Shown: positions 34,779 through 45,255, counted from the first letter of the stretch. The stretch: DNA of 64,000 nucleotides from an uncultured Methanomassiliicoccales archaeon (GCA_963695345.1 OY968769.1:384001-448000), one strand, 5' to 3'. The notes: a model not told the origin generated them from the letters alone. Made by a program: numbers and translations.

Positions 34779-35075
34779 TTCTTCTCCTTAATAACCGTTA
34801 CTATTTGAACATCCATAGGTCGCTCCAAATTACTGATTTATTATCACGAACGCATGCCGATTAATCAGTTCCTATCACAAATGTACATTTTTTTTCATAA
34901 ATAAGATGAATATGATGGATGGCGAGCGAACGTGGCCGGACAATGATAGGGAGTTCCTCATCATGATCGATGGATATCATTGCGTTGACTCCCACAGGCA
35001 TAATGAATCAAAAACACGGCCATTTTCTGTCCCCGTACGAAATAGCGCGGCTCTAGTCAAATGGATACGCTCAGC

Positions 35076-35870
35076 TCATCTGGAGCCGTAAGCGCGTGCA
35101 TGTCTCCAGGAATCATCAAACGGGCCCTTTCCCTCATAGATGCTCATATCAGTCCGACCGTGGATCCTGCGGTCCTCGCCCACTGGGCAGACCTTTATGC
35201 ATATTCCGCAAGGAGATATGCCTCGCCGGCTTAGGCTGGCGTTGTGCTCAGTACAGCGGGCCTTATCGATGATCTGCCCGGGATAGTCACCAGGTTCGAT
35301 GGCTCGGACCGGACAATGGTCAACGCACCTCATGCACCGCACGCAGAGCTGCTTTATCATCACGTTATCCGGCTCGAACTCCGCATCGGTGAGTATCGAG
35401 GCGAACCGGACCCTCGGACCATATCGTGTTGTCAATAACGTGTTGTTGACACCGAAAGTGCCCAGTCCCGCGAGGTAAGCGGCATGGCGATGGGAGAAGG
35501 CGGCGATCGGCCTTTCCCGGAGCACATCCAGACTGGCGTAGCCGTCGCGAGTTATCCCGACCGCCGAATGGCCCTCGTTATCGAGGAATAGGGCGATCCG
35601 ATAGGCGAATTGGTCCAGAAGACCGTTGATCGTCCTGTACTGCTCATGGTAGAGGATAGACGGGGTGGTCTCTAATATCGGCAGCAGAACCGGCAGTCCG
35701 ATGACGATTACGGTCTTGGTTCCCGGCATCACGCATCCAGGATAGAACTCTTGGGGCATCCATGGTCGGAAAGGAGGATCTTCCCAGCGGGCTGATGGGG
35801 CGAAACCGATCAATGGTATGCCCATCGATTTGGCCAGCAGGCCGATCCTCATTTTCAGTTCATCGTTCAA
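35076..35870 (-). CDS. QueG/reductive-dehalogenase-like 2x[4Fe-4S] protein
   Basis: FSHRHAAYLAGLG..G.N, YGPRVRFASILT, CVRCMRCVDHCP and CGICIKVCP. Confidence 0.85.
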   Translation of the reverse strand: MNDELKMRIGLLAKSMGIPLIGFAPSARWEDPPFRPWMPQEFYPGCVMPGTKTVIVIGLPVLLPILETTPSILYHEQYRTINGLLDQFAYRIALFLDNEGHSAVGITRDGYASLDVLRERPIAAFSHRHAAYLAGLGTFGVNNTLLTTRYGPRVRFASILTDAEFEPDNVMIKQLCVRCMRCVDHCPVRAIEPGDYPGQIIDKARCTEHNASLSRRGISPCGICIKVCPVGEDRRIHGRTDMSIYEGKGPFDDSWRHARAYGSR

Positions 35871-35920
35871 CCCAGCACCAGCGCCATAACTATCGTCCGC
35901 CTCATGAAAAATCTATCTGA

Positions 35921-37606
35921 TTATCCTCCGAACATCCAGCCGCCCTCAGGGACCTCGATCTCGAACCTGACGCCCATTCCCTCTATCCCGGTCTCGTTGA
36001 TGGTCATCCCGGTAATTCCCAGGATCTCCTTTGCCGCGTAAAGGCCCAGGCCAGTGTTGCTTCCGAAACCCATCTTGAAGATCTTGTCCTTGTCCTCTTG
36101 GCTGATCCCCATGCCGTCGTCCCGGTACACTATGACCTTGATGTTCCCCCGGTCCTCCACCTCCACCCAGATGGTGCTGACGTTTCCTCCGTGCCGTTGG
36201 GAGTTCTCCATGAGGTTGAAGAACATGCGTTCCAACATCAGGTCGGAGTAGACCTTGAGTCCCACTGTCTGGAAGTGATAGGTTATGGTCCGTGATGCCA
36301 ATGCCATCCTGGCCTTTTCCAGCACTTCTCCCAGTGCCTGCCATTCAGGAGCCTTCACGCCTAGGTTCTGGTATTCCTTGGCGAACTCGATCCCGTGCTG
36401 GATGGCCGAGACGGAGGCAACGATCTTGTCCATTATTTGATGGAGCTCCTCGTCGTCCCGGCGTTTTGAGGCGATGAGCTCTCCGTAGCCGTGGATGACC
36501 ATCAGCTGGTTCATGATGTCGTGGCGGGTTATGCTGGACATCAGGTTCAGTTTGGAATTGGCGGTCTTAAGCTCCCGCTGGTTCTTTCGTTCCTCGGTGA
36601 CATCCTTGAGCAGGATGAGGGTACCGGACTGCTCCTGACCATGATTGACGATCTTGGTGATGACGATATCCACGATCCTGTCCCCGAACGACCCCGGGAA
36701 GGTCAGCTCCTTTTTCACCGTCCCGGCATCGACCAGCTCATGGATCATTGGGACCACGTCGGCGAGCATCTTGCCGCTGATGGCCTTGCTCTCCAGCCCT
36801 AGCAACTCCTCGACGGCCGGGTTGGAATATATGATCTGTCTCCTATTGTCGATCACCAGGGTACCGTCCTTGATCGTCTGGATGACCGAGTCCAACACCA
36901 ATGGGGTCATGTCCAGTAGCTCATAACGGAACGACCCGTAGAAAAGCACCAGTATAGTGCCCAGGAAACCGGTGTCCAGCATGAAGCTCATCGGAAATTC
37001 TTCGGAGAAGGTGATTCCGATGAACAGAGCCAACATGGGAAACCCGACCGCTCCCAGGATTACCATCACCTGCTTGCGGTGGTGCCGGCTGCGGCTGAAC
37101 AGCCCCTGGGCCACCAAGGTCACCCCTGATACCATTATGAAAACGAAGAACACCACCAACAACCAGAAACCGATCCCGTAGGAATAGGTAAGGCCGTTTA
37201 TCGCGCCAAAGAACTGCTGGCTGCCCAAGTTGGCATAGAACGCATGGGTGGAATCGTTGGTCCAGAGCAGCACCAGCAGGGTGGCGGGGACCAGGAACAG
37301 CAGGAACATCCTCCGGCGATCCAGCATATCGTTCCTTCCCAGATAGGAGACGATGAAGATCAGGAACAATGATGGCAATATGATGAAGACGGACATTTCC
37401 AGAAGATTCCAGGCTGCCATCGTCCCCCTGTCCGGGGACAGGATCTCGCCCAAGTACCCGACGGTGAACATTACGATAGCGCCCATCAAGAAGATGAAAG
37501 GTGCTCTGATGGGCCGTGTGCGAGAGGTCCACTCCAGAGCCACCAGCGTCATCGCCACGGTGACGGTGATCCATACCGGTAAGGTAAGAACAAAGGTAAG
37601 GTCCAC
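35921..37606 (-). CDS. HisKA_7TM-PAS-histidine kinase
   Basis: WTNDSTHAFY, TRHDIMN, NSQRHG and GLGL. Confidence 0.9.
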   Translation of the reverse strand: MDLTFVLTLPVWITVTVAMTLVALEWTSRTRPIRAPFIFLMGAIVMFTVGYLGEILSPDRGTMAAWNLLEMSVFIILPSLFLIFIVSYLGRNDMLDRRRMFLLFLVPATLLVLLWTNDSTHAFYANLGSQQFFGAINGLTYSYGIGFWLLVVFFVFIMVSGVTLVAQGLFSRSRHHRKQVMVILGAVGFPMLALFIGITFSEEFPMSFMLDTGFLGTILVLFYGSFRYELLDMTPLVLDSVIQTIKDGTLVIDNRRQIIYSNPAVEELLGLESKAISGKMLADVVPMIHELVDAGTVKKELTFPGSFGDRIVDIVITKIVNHGQEQSGTLILLKDVTEERKNQRELKTANSKLNLMSSITRHDIMNQLMVIHGYGELIASKRRDDEELHQIMDKIVASVSAIQHGIEFAKEYQNLGVKAPEWQALGEVLEKARMALASRTITYHFQTVGLKVYSDLMLERMFFNLMENSQRHGGNVSTIWVEVEDRGNIKVIVYRDDGMGISQEDKDKIFKMGFGSNTGLGLYAAKEILGITGMTINETGIEGMGVRFEIEVPEGGWMFGG

Positions 37607-37677
37607 GTCCGATTTGAGGAGCTATCTGGTATAATAATTGAATGCGGTTTCTCACACAATGTGAAAGAAATGAAGTC

Positions 37678-39357
37678 CTACCGGAACCTCCACCCTCCTT
37701 TTGGAACGGTCAGGACGAAACGTACCCCGCTTCCAGCCCGACCCCGTTCAGATATGGATATGTCGGTAATCGCCAGGATCTGCTTCGATATCAGGAGCCC
37801 GATCCTGGTGTTTTCTGGGGAATCCCGAAAGATGTCGGCCTTTCGCTCCAGCGGTATGCCCACCCCATCGTCCTCATATACGATGTTCAGGTCCGAACCG
37901 TTGACCTCCGAACTGATGGTTATCGTCTGGACCCCCTGACCGTGCTTGGCCGAGTTGTGGATGAGATTGTGGAAGACCTTTTCCAGCATTCGGTCCGCGA
38001 ATATCTCCACATTCCCCACCTTAATGTCCACCTGAGATGGAGGTGAGGGACCTATGCTCCTTGCCCGGGCCAGGACCAGTTCCAGGTCCTGCCATTCCGG
38101 CTCTTTCACACCCAGGTCCTGGTATTCCCTGGTGAACAGCACCTGCTTCTCTATTGCGGCGGCCGAAGCGGTCATGGTGCTTACGTATTTGGCAACGTCC
38201 GACTGCTTGACCTCTCCCATCTTGATCAGGTCACCGTAGCCCCTTATGACCGAGAGTTGGTTCAGGATGTCGTGCCTCGTGATGTTGGAGAGCAGCATGA
38301 GCTTGGAGTTGGCGGTCCTCAGGGCTTCCGAGGTCCTCTTCTCCTCCGTGACATCCCTCAGGACCAACAATCTACCGGTGGGCATACCGGACCCGTTCCT
38401 GATGGTGGATGCCCGGACGTCATAATAGCACTTCTCGACCCCGGTCTTCTGGACCAACAGCTCCGCCTTCCCGTCCTCAAGGGTCTCGAGGGCATCGGAC
38501 AGGAATGGAAGGGAATGTGACAATGACCTGCCCATCCCTTCCTGTGAGCCGCTGCCGATGATGCTCCGGGCTGGCAGGTTCAAAAAGACGATCCGCCCTT
38601 TGATGTCCAGGACGATCGTGCCGTCATGAATGTTGGATACCATGGCATCAAAGGTGACTGGGTTGATCTCGAACATCTCGAACCGGAAGGTGCAGATGAA
38701 AATGATTATGCTGGTGACCATGAAACCAACGGTCAGGATGTAGCTTGTGGGCAGATGGAATATGTTCGTGAATCCGAGCAGGATGGCCACGGTCGGTATG
38801 GCACCGGCCAGTATGACACCGAACAGCTGGTACCGCTGGGTGTTATACGCGGTCCCCAATGATCTCAGGCACAGGGCGATCGCCGCGATGACCAGGACGA
38901 TGGTGTATACCATGTGCATCCAGAACCAAGGCCCGTAGGTGACGGCCATCACTGTACCGTCGCCCCAACCTGTGGAGGATACGCTGGTGTAGACCAGATG
39001 ATGCAGGTCGTTCGTCCAAAGCAGCGACAGGGTCGCCAATGGGATGAGGGAGAGGAGGACGACCCTCCTGATGCTGAGCCATTTGTCCATTCCCACGTAA
39101 CCGATTATCAGCACCAGGTAGAGCGTGGCGGCGAACACCGCGTAGATGTACTCGATATTGTTCCAGAATATCATCTCAGCCAGGTCCCTGCTGGACATCT
39201 CCAGGCTGAAACCCATGGTGGCTAGGATTATCCCGGCCATGGAAAGAATGAAAGGCCATTTGATCGGAAGGGTGCTCTTGGAGGCAGAGAATGCCAGAAT
39301 GAAACAGATCATCACCGTTGCTATGAGAGGCAAGGTGAGGAGGAATCCGAGCGCCAT
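37678..39357 (-). CDS. HisKA_7TM-PAS-histidine kinase (divergent G2 box)
   Basis: WTNDLHHLVY, TRHDILN, NSAKHG and DDGVG; G2 box reads NTRIGL. Confidence 0.9.
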   Translation of the reverse strand: MALGFLLTLPLIATVMICFILAFSASKSTLPIKWPFILSMAGIILATMGFSLEMSSRDLAEMIFWNNIEYIYAVFAATLYLVLIIGYVGMDKWLSIRRVVLLSLIPLATLSLLWTNDLHHLVYTSVSSTGWGDGTVMAVTYGPWFWMHMVYTIVLVIAAIALCLRSLGTAYNTQRYQLFGVILAGAIPTVAILLGFTNIFHLPTSYILTVGFMVTSIIIFICTFRFEMFEINPVTFDAMVSNIHDGTIVLDIKGRIVFLNLPARSIIGSGSQEGMGRSLSHSLPFLSDALETLEDGKAELLVQKTGVEKCYYDVRASTIRNGSGMPTGRLLVLRDVTEEKRTSEALRTANSKLMLLSNITRHDILNQLSVIRGYGDLIKMGEVKQSDVAKYVSTMTASAAAIEKQVLFTREYQDLGVKEPEWQDLELVLARARSIGPSPPSQVDIKVGNVEIFADRMLEKVFHNLIHNSAKHGQGVQTITISSEVNGSDLNIVYEDDGVGIPLERKADIFRDSPENTRIGLLISKQILAITDISISERGRAGSGVRFVLTVPKGGWRFR

Positions 39358-39446
39358 TGGACTGAAAATCGGCTAGACGGGATATAGCTTGATTCACCTG
39401 GTTATTGGCCGTGATATTCAGGAAACCGTCGGTCCTTGAATTGGGC

Positions 39447-40220
39447 TCAATCCCGCGGCTCCCAATTCGGGTCCTGCCATTCGCTGCCGGCCATTTCACG
39501 GCATTCCGCTATGATGGCATTCACCTGCTTATCGTGTCGGACCTCCTGGGCAAGGTCGGTGATGAGCTCATTGGTGTACCGACGGTGACAGGCAGGGCAC
39601 AGGGTCTTGAGATTCCCCGGATGGTCGGAACCCCCTCGGGAGCGGGGGATGATGTGATGGACCTCTAGCGACTCATATCTAGTACCGCCCTTGCCGTGCC
39701 TAAGGGTAGGATCATAGACCTTCATTCGGCCACGCTCGAAGTTCACTCCGCAATCCTGGCAGATGTACTTGTCCCGACGAAGCACTGCCGACTTGATCTT
39801 CGGCCAGAGGACCCGCCTGACCAGGTCTGAGGTGTCTGGAGCATAAGGCTGCTGAGTGGTGCCGGTGAGGAAGAACTTGCGCAATCCCGGCAGATCCGAC
39901 CGCATCTGCTTCAGTACCTGCTTGGTCGATGACCATGCTTCGCAGATCATGCGGGAATTTGAGTCCGGTCGGTGTCGATGGCCGCAATGGGGGCAGACGA
40001 CCATGGCCTTCTTGGTCACCTTCGCCGCCACTGCCGAGCGAAAAGGACAGATAGCGGCCAGTTCCGGACCGCAGAGGACGGGCCGGGTCTCATCGCCCCC
40101 ATGGAAGACCAACGAGGGTATGGAGTTCTCGGGGTCGGCCATCCGCTTGGTTTTCAGGAGGCAATAGCTGCTCTCGGCCCCGGTCAGGCGAAAATGGCAT
40201 ACCATTTCGGACTTCTCCAT
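39447..40220 (-). CDS. HNH endonuclease with N-terminal Cys/His-rich regions
   Basis: LRRDKYICQDCG...LEVHHIIPRSRGGSDHPGNLKTLCPACH; upstream CPHCGHRH. Confidence 0.85.
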   Translation of the reverse strand: MEKSEMVCHFRLTGAESSYCLLKTKRMADPENSIPSLVFHGGDETRPVLCGPELAAICPFRSAVAAKVTKKAMVVCPHCGHRHRPDSNSRMICEAWSSTKQVLKQMRSDLPGLRKFFLTGTTQQPYAPDTSDLVRRVLWPKIKSAVLRRDKYICQDCGVNFERGRMKVYDPTLRHGKGGTRYESLEVHHIIPRSRGGSDHPGNLKTLCPACHRRYTNELITDLAQEVRHDKQVNAIIAECREMAGSEWQDPNWEPRD

Positions 40221-40326
40221 CCTTTCGGCTCTGAAGATACTGGGCACATAATAACATTTTCTGGGAGTTCTTCCGATGCCAACGATTATCTACCTCAGAA
40301 AGCCCTTGAATAATTGGCGACATGAA

Positions 40327-41676
40327 ATGGGCGAATGGGACTGGCAATTGTATCCAGAAACGGATGAGTTCGTTTCCGGATTGATCGGGTCCTTCATGGA
40401 CGGGAACGGTCACGCCGATGTGCTCCGAAGTGAGATAGAGAATACCAGCTCTACCCGGTTCATTGATTGGGTGGATAGCATGGAAATCCCTGAGGAGGAC
40501 ATTGGTGCTGAGGACCTTGAGCGGATAGGATACGTCAAGGACTCAAGTAAGAGTGTCGATGGAACCGTCTTCAACCATCCCGGTTCGTCCTTTCCGATCA
40601 TTTTGCGGACCGACCGGTCATACCGGCTGTCCATCGGTGTGGACCTAATGGAACGGTTCTTGGATATGAGTGGTTATTCCAACAAAAAGACAGAGGGAGA
40701 ACCCAACGCCCCTCTGCGGAAGGTCGAGTTGAACCGGGAAGGGACCTGTTCCTTCTTCGCGCTGGAGCGGCATGGCGGTCGAACATTCGATGTCGAACCG
40801 GCAACAGACATCGATGAATACGAATCGGCATTGAAGTGCCTCGCCGCCCGGAAAAGGGTCATCTCGGATGATCGAGAAGGCATGGATGACCTGAAGGCCC
40901 AGATCGAGATCTTGGGAGACAGCCTGGAAAGATCCCGCCTGGCAGACGCCTTCTTCCGTGTCGAGAGGGACTATTGGCGATCCAGGAACCGGGCTGGAGC
41001 GGTGCAGTTCGGGCGGCAGGATCGGTTGGGGTTGGGCTGGGGCAATCACGACCATCACACCTTCCGATGTTCCAGGGAGAATTTCGCAGACGCCATCGGC
41101 ATCTTCGGGATGATGGGCATGGCCCGCCGCGAGCGTTTCTTCGCCGGGGCGGAGGCTGGATGGGGGGCACAGGTCATGGAACAACCGGATTCCGGCCTGG
41201 TCGTATTTGCAGACGTGGACCTGGGGCCGGATGAGGTCGGTTCAGATTTCACCAGAGAGAGATTGGAACCGTTGCAAAGGCTGGGCACGGTCGGGCTATG
41301 GGTTGGTCTGCATGGAGAAAGCCTCTTGGGATCTGGCATGCATCATCTTGCGTTAGGCTCCGACTTCCGGAGGATGCGCGAGGACCTGACGGCCCGAGAG
41401 GTGAATTCGATGGCTCCATTCTCAGAGTTCCAGTTCCTCAAGCAGTCGTTCACCGTGGCGGAGCATTGGATCCCGCCTAAGTGGAGGGTCGAACGCCTTT
41501 TGAGAGAAAGGCTCATCACCGATGAACAGTCGGCCAAGTTCATGAGGCTTGGAGCACTGGGGAGCCACTTGGAGACCATCCAAAGGGACCAGGGATTCAA
41601 GGGGTTCAATCAGAGCTCGGTGAGCGCCATCATTCGAATGACGAACCCATTGGACCGGCCGGCCATCGGAGCGTAG
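40327..41676 (+). CDS. Uncharacterised VOC/glyoxalase-fold-like putative metalloenzyme
   Basis: GWGNHDHHTFR, GMHHLAL and GSHLETIQR...FKGF: a His/His/Glu spacing reminiscent of HPPD/VOC enzymes. Confidence 0.6.
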   Translation: MGEWDWQLYPETDEFVSGLIGSFMDGNGHADVLRSEIENTSSTRFIDWVDSMEIPEEDIGAEDLERIGYVKDSSKSVDGTVFNHPGSSFPIILRTDRSYRLSIGVDLMERFLDMSGYSNKKTEGEPNAPLRKVELNREGTCSFFALERHGGRTFDVEPATDIDEYESALKCLAARKRVISDDREGMDDLKAQIEILGDSLERSRLADAFFRVERDYWRSRNRAGAVQFGRQDRLGLGWGNHDHHTFRCSRENFADAIGIFGMMGMARRERFFAGAEAGWGAQVMEQPDSGLVVFADVDLGPDEVGSDFTRERLEPLQRLGTVGLWVGLHGESLLGSGMHHLALGSDFRRMREDLTAREVNSMAPFSEFQFLKQSFTVAEHWIPPKWRVERLLRERLITDEQSAKFMRLGALGSHLETIQRDQGFKGFNQSSVSAIIRMTNPLDRPAIGA

Positions 41677-41680
41677 GGAC

Positions 41681-43172
41681 ATGACCGAGGGTATCCTATC
41701 GATCAAGGGAAAAGTGATCACGGACGAGAGGCAGCTAGAGCGGTATGCCAGTGATCTGAGCCATTATTATATCAAACCAAAGATGGTGGCCATCCCTCTG
41801 GACGAGAACGACATCGTAGGAGCGGTGGATTTCGCCGTCGCTAACGGCATCGTCATAACACCAAGGGGCGCGGGGTCGAACCTGTCCGGCTCGGCAGTGG
41901 GCGAAGGCATGGTCATCCTGACCCGGGAGATGGACCGCTTGGTCGGAAGGGAGGACCACATATACTCATGCCAACCGGGCATGGTCTTCAACCAATTGGA
42001 CAAGCAGGCCAGGATGGACGGCTTTTTCATACCCTACGACCCTAGCTCGAGGGCTTTCTGCACCATCGGCGGAAATGTCGGGACCAGGGCCAGCGGCATC
42101 CGTTCCTTGAAGTATGGCAGCACGGACAACTGCCTGGATTCGATCCGGTTCATCAGTCCCGCGTTCGGTCTGGTGGATACCGCCAAAGAGCTCCCGAGCC
42201 CGCTCAAAGCGGGCACTGGAGGACATCACCGCACGTCTACGGGACGATGAGGAGATGCTTCTGCTCCTGGAGACCCGGGGCAACCTCAAATCCAGCAGCG
42301 GATATAACCTGGGTGCGTTCCTGGAAGAGAAGACCGTGAACCGGGTCGCCGCCCATCTGATGGTGGGTTCGGTGGGGACACTGGCGGTGTTCACGGAGGT
42401 GCGACTACGATTGCGGCCGCTTTACAAGAATAGGACGTTGTACCTGGTGTTCTTTGAATCTTTGTCAGAAGCCGTGCGGAAGATGCTTCCGGCCCGGGAG
42501 TTCGCACCTTCCGCCTTCGAAATGCTCGATTCGTTCGGGGTGAAGAACTTGGCCTCACTGGTGCAGGTGCCGACCGGGGCGAACGCGGTGATAATGATCG
42601 AGTTCGACGAAGACCTAAGTGAATCGGGCTCGAAGATGGCGGCATTGCTGAAGGACGTAGGACGCAAAGGCATGGTGTTCAATGACCAAGCGCTCATCGA
42701 GAGGATATGGAATGTCCGGGAGAGCAACCTGCTGCGCATCAAGCACGAGATAGAGCGACCAGAGCTCAAGTTCCTATCTTTCATAGATGATCTGGCCGTA
42801 CCTCCTGACCGATTGCCGGACCTGATAGAGAAGCTGAACACGATATTCAGGCAGGAGGGATTGCAGGTGATCATGTATGGCCATGTCGGAGAAGGCAACC
42901 TGCATGTCAGACCTTACATCCACAAGGACGGATGGGAAGAGGTCACCATACGCCTGGCGGAGAAATGCTTCCGGGTGGTGCTGGAGAATGACGGCACCAT
43001 CACCGGAGAGCACGGTTTGGGCCGCAACCGGTCAAAATACCTTTGTGACGAGTGGGGGAAGAAGGCCTGCGGTTATTTCCGCGAGATCAAGCAGATATTC
43101 GATCCGCAGGGACTGATGAACCCCGGGGTGGTGTTCACGGACAGCGATCTCACTGAACATCTCCGATTCTAG
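41681..43172 (+). CDS. FAD-linked oxidase/dehydrogenase, GlcD/D-2-hydroxyacid dehydrogenase family; frameshift at ~42205
   Basis: PRGAGSNLSG, DPSS..CTIGGN, GSVGTLAV, YGHVGEGNLH, TITGEHGLG and FDPQGLMNPG. Confidence 0.9.
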
Positions 43173-43251
43173 CGGTCAGGATATGTCAAGGAATTCTATT
43201 ATCAGACCCTGATAATGACGAGCGAAACTTATTAACCGCTGAATTCTTCGA

Positions 43252-43632
43252 ATGATAACGGAGAATCAGGTATTGCCGATTTCTGACCTTCTGAAAAGCC
43301 GTGCCAAGATCATATTCTTGGTTCTGATCATCGCCGGGGCAGCGGTTATTCTCTCGGCCCTGATACTGGCATTCACCATCGACACGAGCAATGTTATTGA
43401 CCTCTATGTCCTGGAATCGACCACCCTTAGCGTGGGCATGGTGATGCTGTGCATGGGCATCATCCTGATGAAGAACGGTGAGAACATTTTCGGAACCAGC
43501 GTCACCGAGATGGAAAAGCAGAGGATGCACGACGACATGCACCGACAGGTGATGTCGGAGATGCGCCTGTCACCGAAGGACGTGGAGATCCAGAAGTCGA
43601 TCGAAGAGTCGGACGACGAGCTGTTCAAATGA
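43252..43632 (+). CDS. Small two-TM membrane protein
   Basis: Two hydrophobic helices and a charged tail. Confidence 0.65.
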   Translation: MITENQVLPISDLLKSRAKIIFLVLIIAGAAVILSALILAFTIDTSNVIDLYVLESTTLSVGMVMLCMGIILMKNGENIFGTSVTEMEKQRMHDDMHRQVMSEMRLSPKDVEIQKSIEESDDELFK

Positions 43633-43670
43633 TCCGGGATTTCCTGGTGACCGCTGTCAATGAGGCAGGA

Positions 43671-45005
43671 TCAGGAGCCCCTCCCCACGAAGACATTCTG
43701 ACCGGCAATATGCGAACCGAGCTCATCTGACGGTGCTCCGATCTTCTCCAGTATCTCCTTCGGATCGCTGTTTCGCAGGAAGAAATACAGCGTGGAATCG
43801 ATGATCTTGACCATGCTGATGCTGACGTCGAAATCGAACAGAGGAGGGTTTATCTGTTTCTTTATCTGGTACTTCGTTATCGTGTTCAGGAAGTTGCTCA
43901 TGTCGCTGGGACGGATGTCATCGGGCCGGTGGTGGATCTTCAATATCGCTTGCTGAATATCGGCTCTCTTGAATCCGTCCGTGATCTTGCTGAAATCGGA
44001 ATTCAATAGCACCACTAGGAAGTAGAAGGGTATGAACAGAGGAATGCGGTCGCTGGTCCTTCTCGAGGATTCGGCAAACGATTCCAGAGCCCGCAGATGC
44101 CGGGAAGAATAATCGTCCAGTTTCTTCTTGATCGCCTCATCCAGGTGCCAGCTCAGGATCTTGACCTTCTGCGGTGAGGTCTCAGTCACTCCGGCGCTCA
44201 TGCAGGAACGGTTGCACAGCTCTTGGAGCACCCCGATGCTGTCGAACGAATAATCGATGATATTCTTCTGGACATCGGAAAAATCGACGTTCAGGATCCT
44301 CGACCCTTTTTCAATGACCCGCTGGAAATCCGCGTTGTCCCAAGGCTCCACTGCCACCTCCACGACCCGGTCCTGCAGATCACCGTTGAATTGTATCAGA
44401 CGGTTCCTTTCACGCCATATGCCCAGGATCACAAATCGGATGCCCAGCTCCTGGAATATCCGAAGATCGTAGGCTAATTTTTCCTGGACCTCCTGAGCGA
44501 GATAATGGAAGTTCTCCAGGACGATGTATCTTTCGAAACCGATCTCGTTCAGTAGTTCGGCGACGTCTGCTGCCAGATTCAGGTTGTACTCGATGGTCCG
44601 GTATTCCTGCGTTCGGGACCTTTCTCCCCCTTTGGTGGACTCAACGCCCCCTCCTAGGTCCGCGAAGATGGGGATCTTGACCTTGGTGGATATTTTGGAA
44701 CTCACAGTACCGGAATCAGTGGTTTGTTCCGATGTTTCGGTCATGATCTGGACCCCGCTGTGGCGCAGTATCGATGCGTAAACGTCCCCCTTTTCGGTGT
44801 CCGGGGCGCACTGGTATACCAGTTGGGATTCAGGCTTCAGATGCTTGTTCAACAACGATGTCTTACCCTGTTTTGACGAACCATACACTATTACCTGTTT
44901 TCTTGATTCCAATGCCGCACGGAAGGATCCGTCCACTCCCTCCCGCTCGATGTAGGATTCGACGACCCCGCTTGAAACCCCGAACACATTCTGAGTCTTG
45001 CTCAT
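43671..45005 (-). CDS. Orphan P-loop NTPase (AAA/STAND-like)
   Basis: Walker A YGSSKQGKTS; Walker B-like IVLENFHY; helical C-terminal region. Confidence 0.75.
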   Translation of the reverse strand: MSKTQNVFGVSSGVVESYIEREGVDGSFRAALESRKQVIVYGSSKQGKTSLLNKHLKPESQLVYQCAPDTEKGDVYASILRHSGVQIMTETSEQTTDSGTVSSKISTKVKIPIFADLGGGVESTKGGERSRTQEYRTIEYNLNLAADVAELLNEIGFERYIVLENFHYLAQEVQEKLAYDLRIFQELGIRFVILGIWRERNRLIQFNGDLQDRVVEVAVEPWDNADFQRVIEKGSRILNVDFSDVQKNIIDYSFDSIGVLQELCNRSCMSAGVTETSPQKVKILSWHLDEAIKKKLDDYSSRHLRALESFAESSRRTSDRIPLFIPFYFLVVLLNSDFSKITDGFKRADIQQAILKIHHRPDDIRPSDMSNFLNTITKYQIKKQINPPLFDFDVSISMVKIIDSTLYFFLRNSDPKEILEKIGAPSDELGSHIAGQNVFVGRGS

Positions 45006-45255
45006 TTCCCCATCCGCGATATCATTGAATTGCAGACCTATTAATGATTATGAGAATCGAAAGATCGAATTGACCTCATGCAAGAAACAGACAAGGTCTG
45101 GGGAGTGTACGGTTGGCACCGGCATCCCTCGACTTGTTCCCGTCATTTCGGCTTTGAGATGCCCTAGCCCCATGTTCCACAACTTTCACCAGTACTGCCT
45201 GCCAGTCGAATCTACAAAGACAAAACTTTTTAAATGGAGGCGTAATGGCAGCGTC

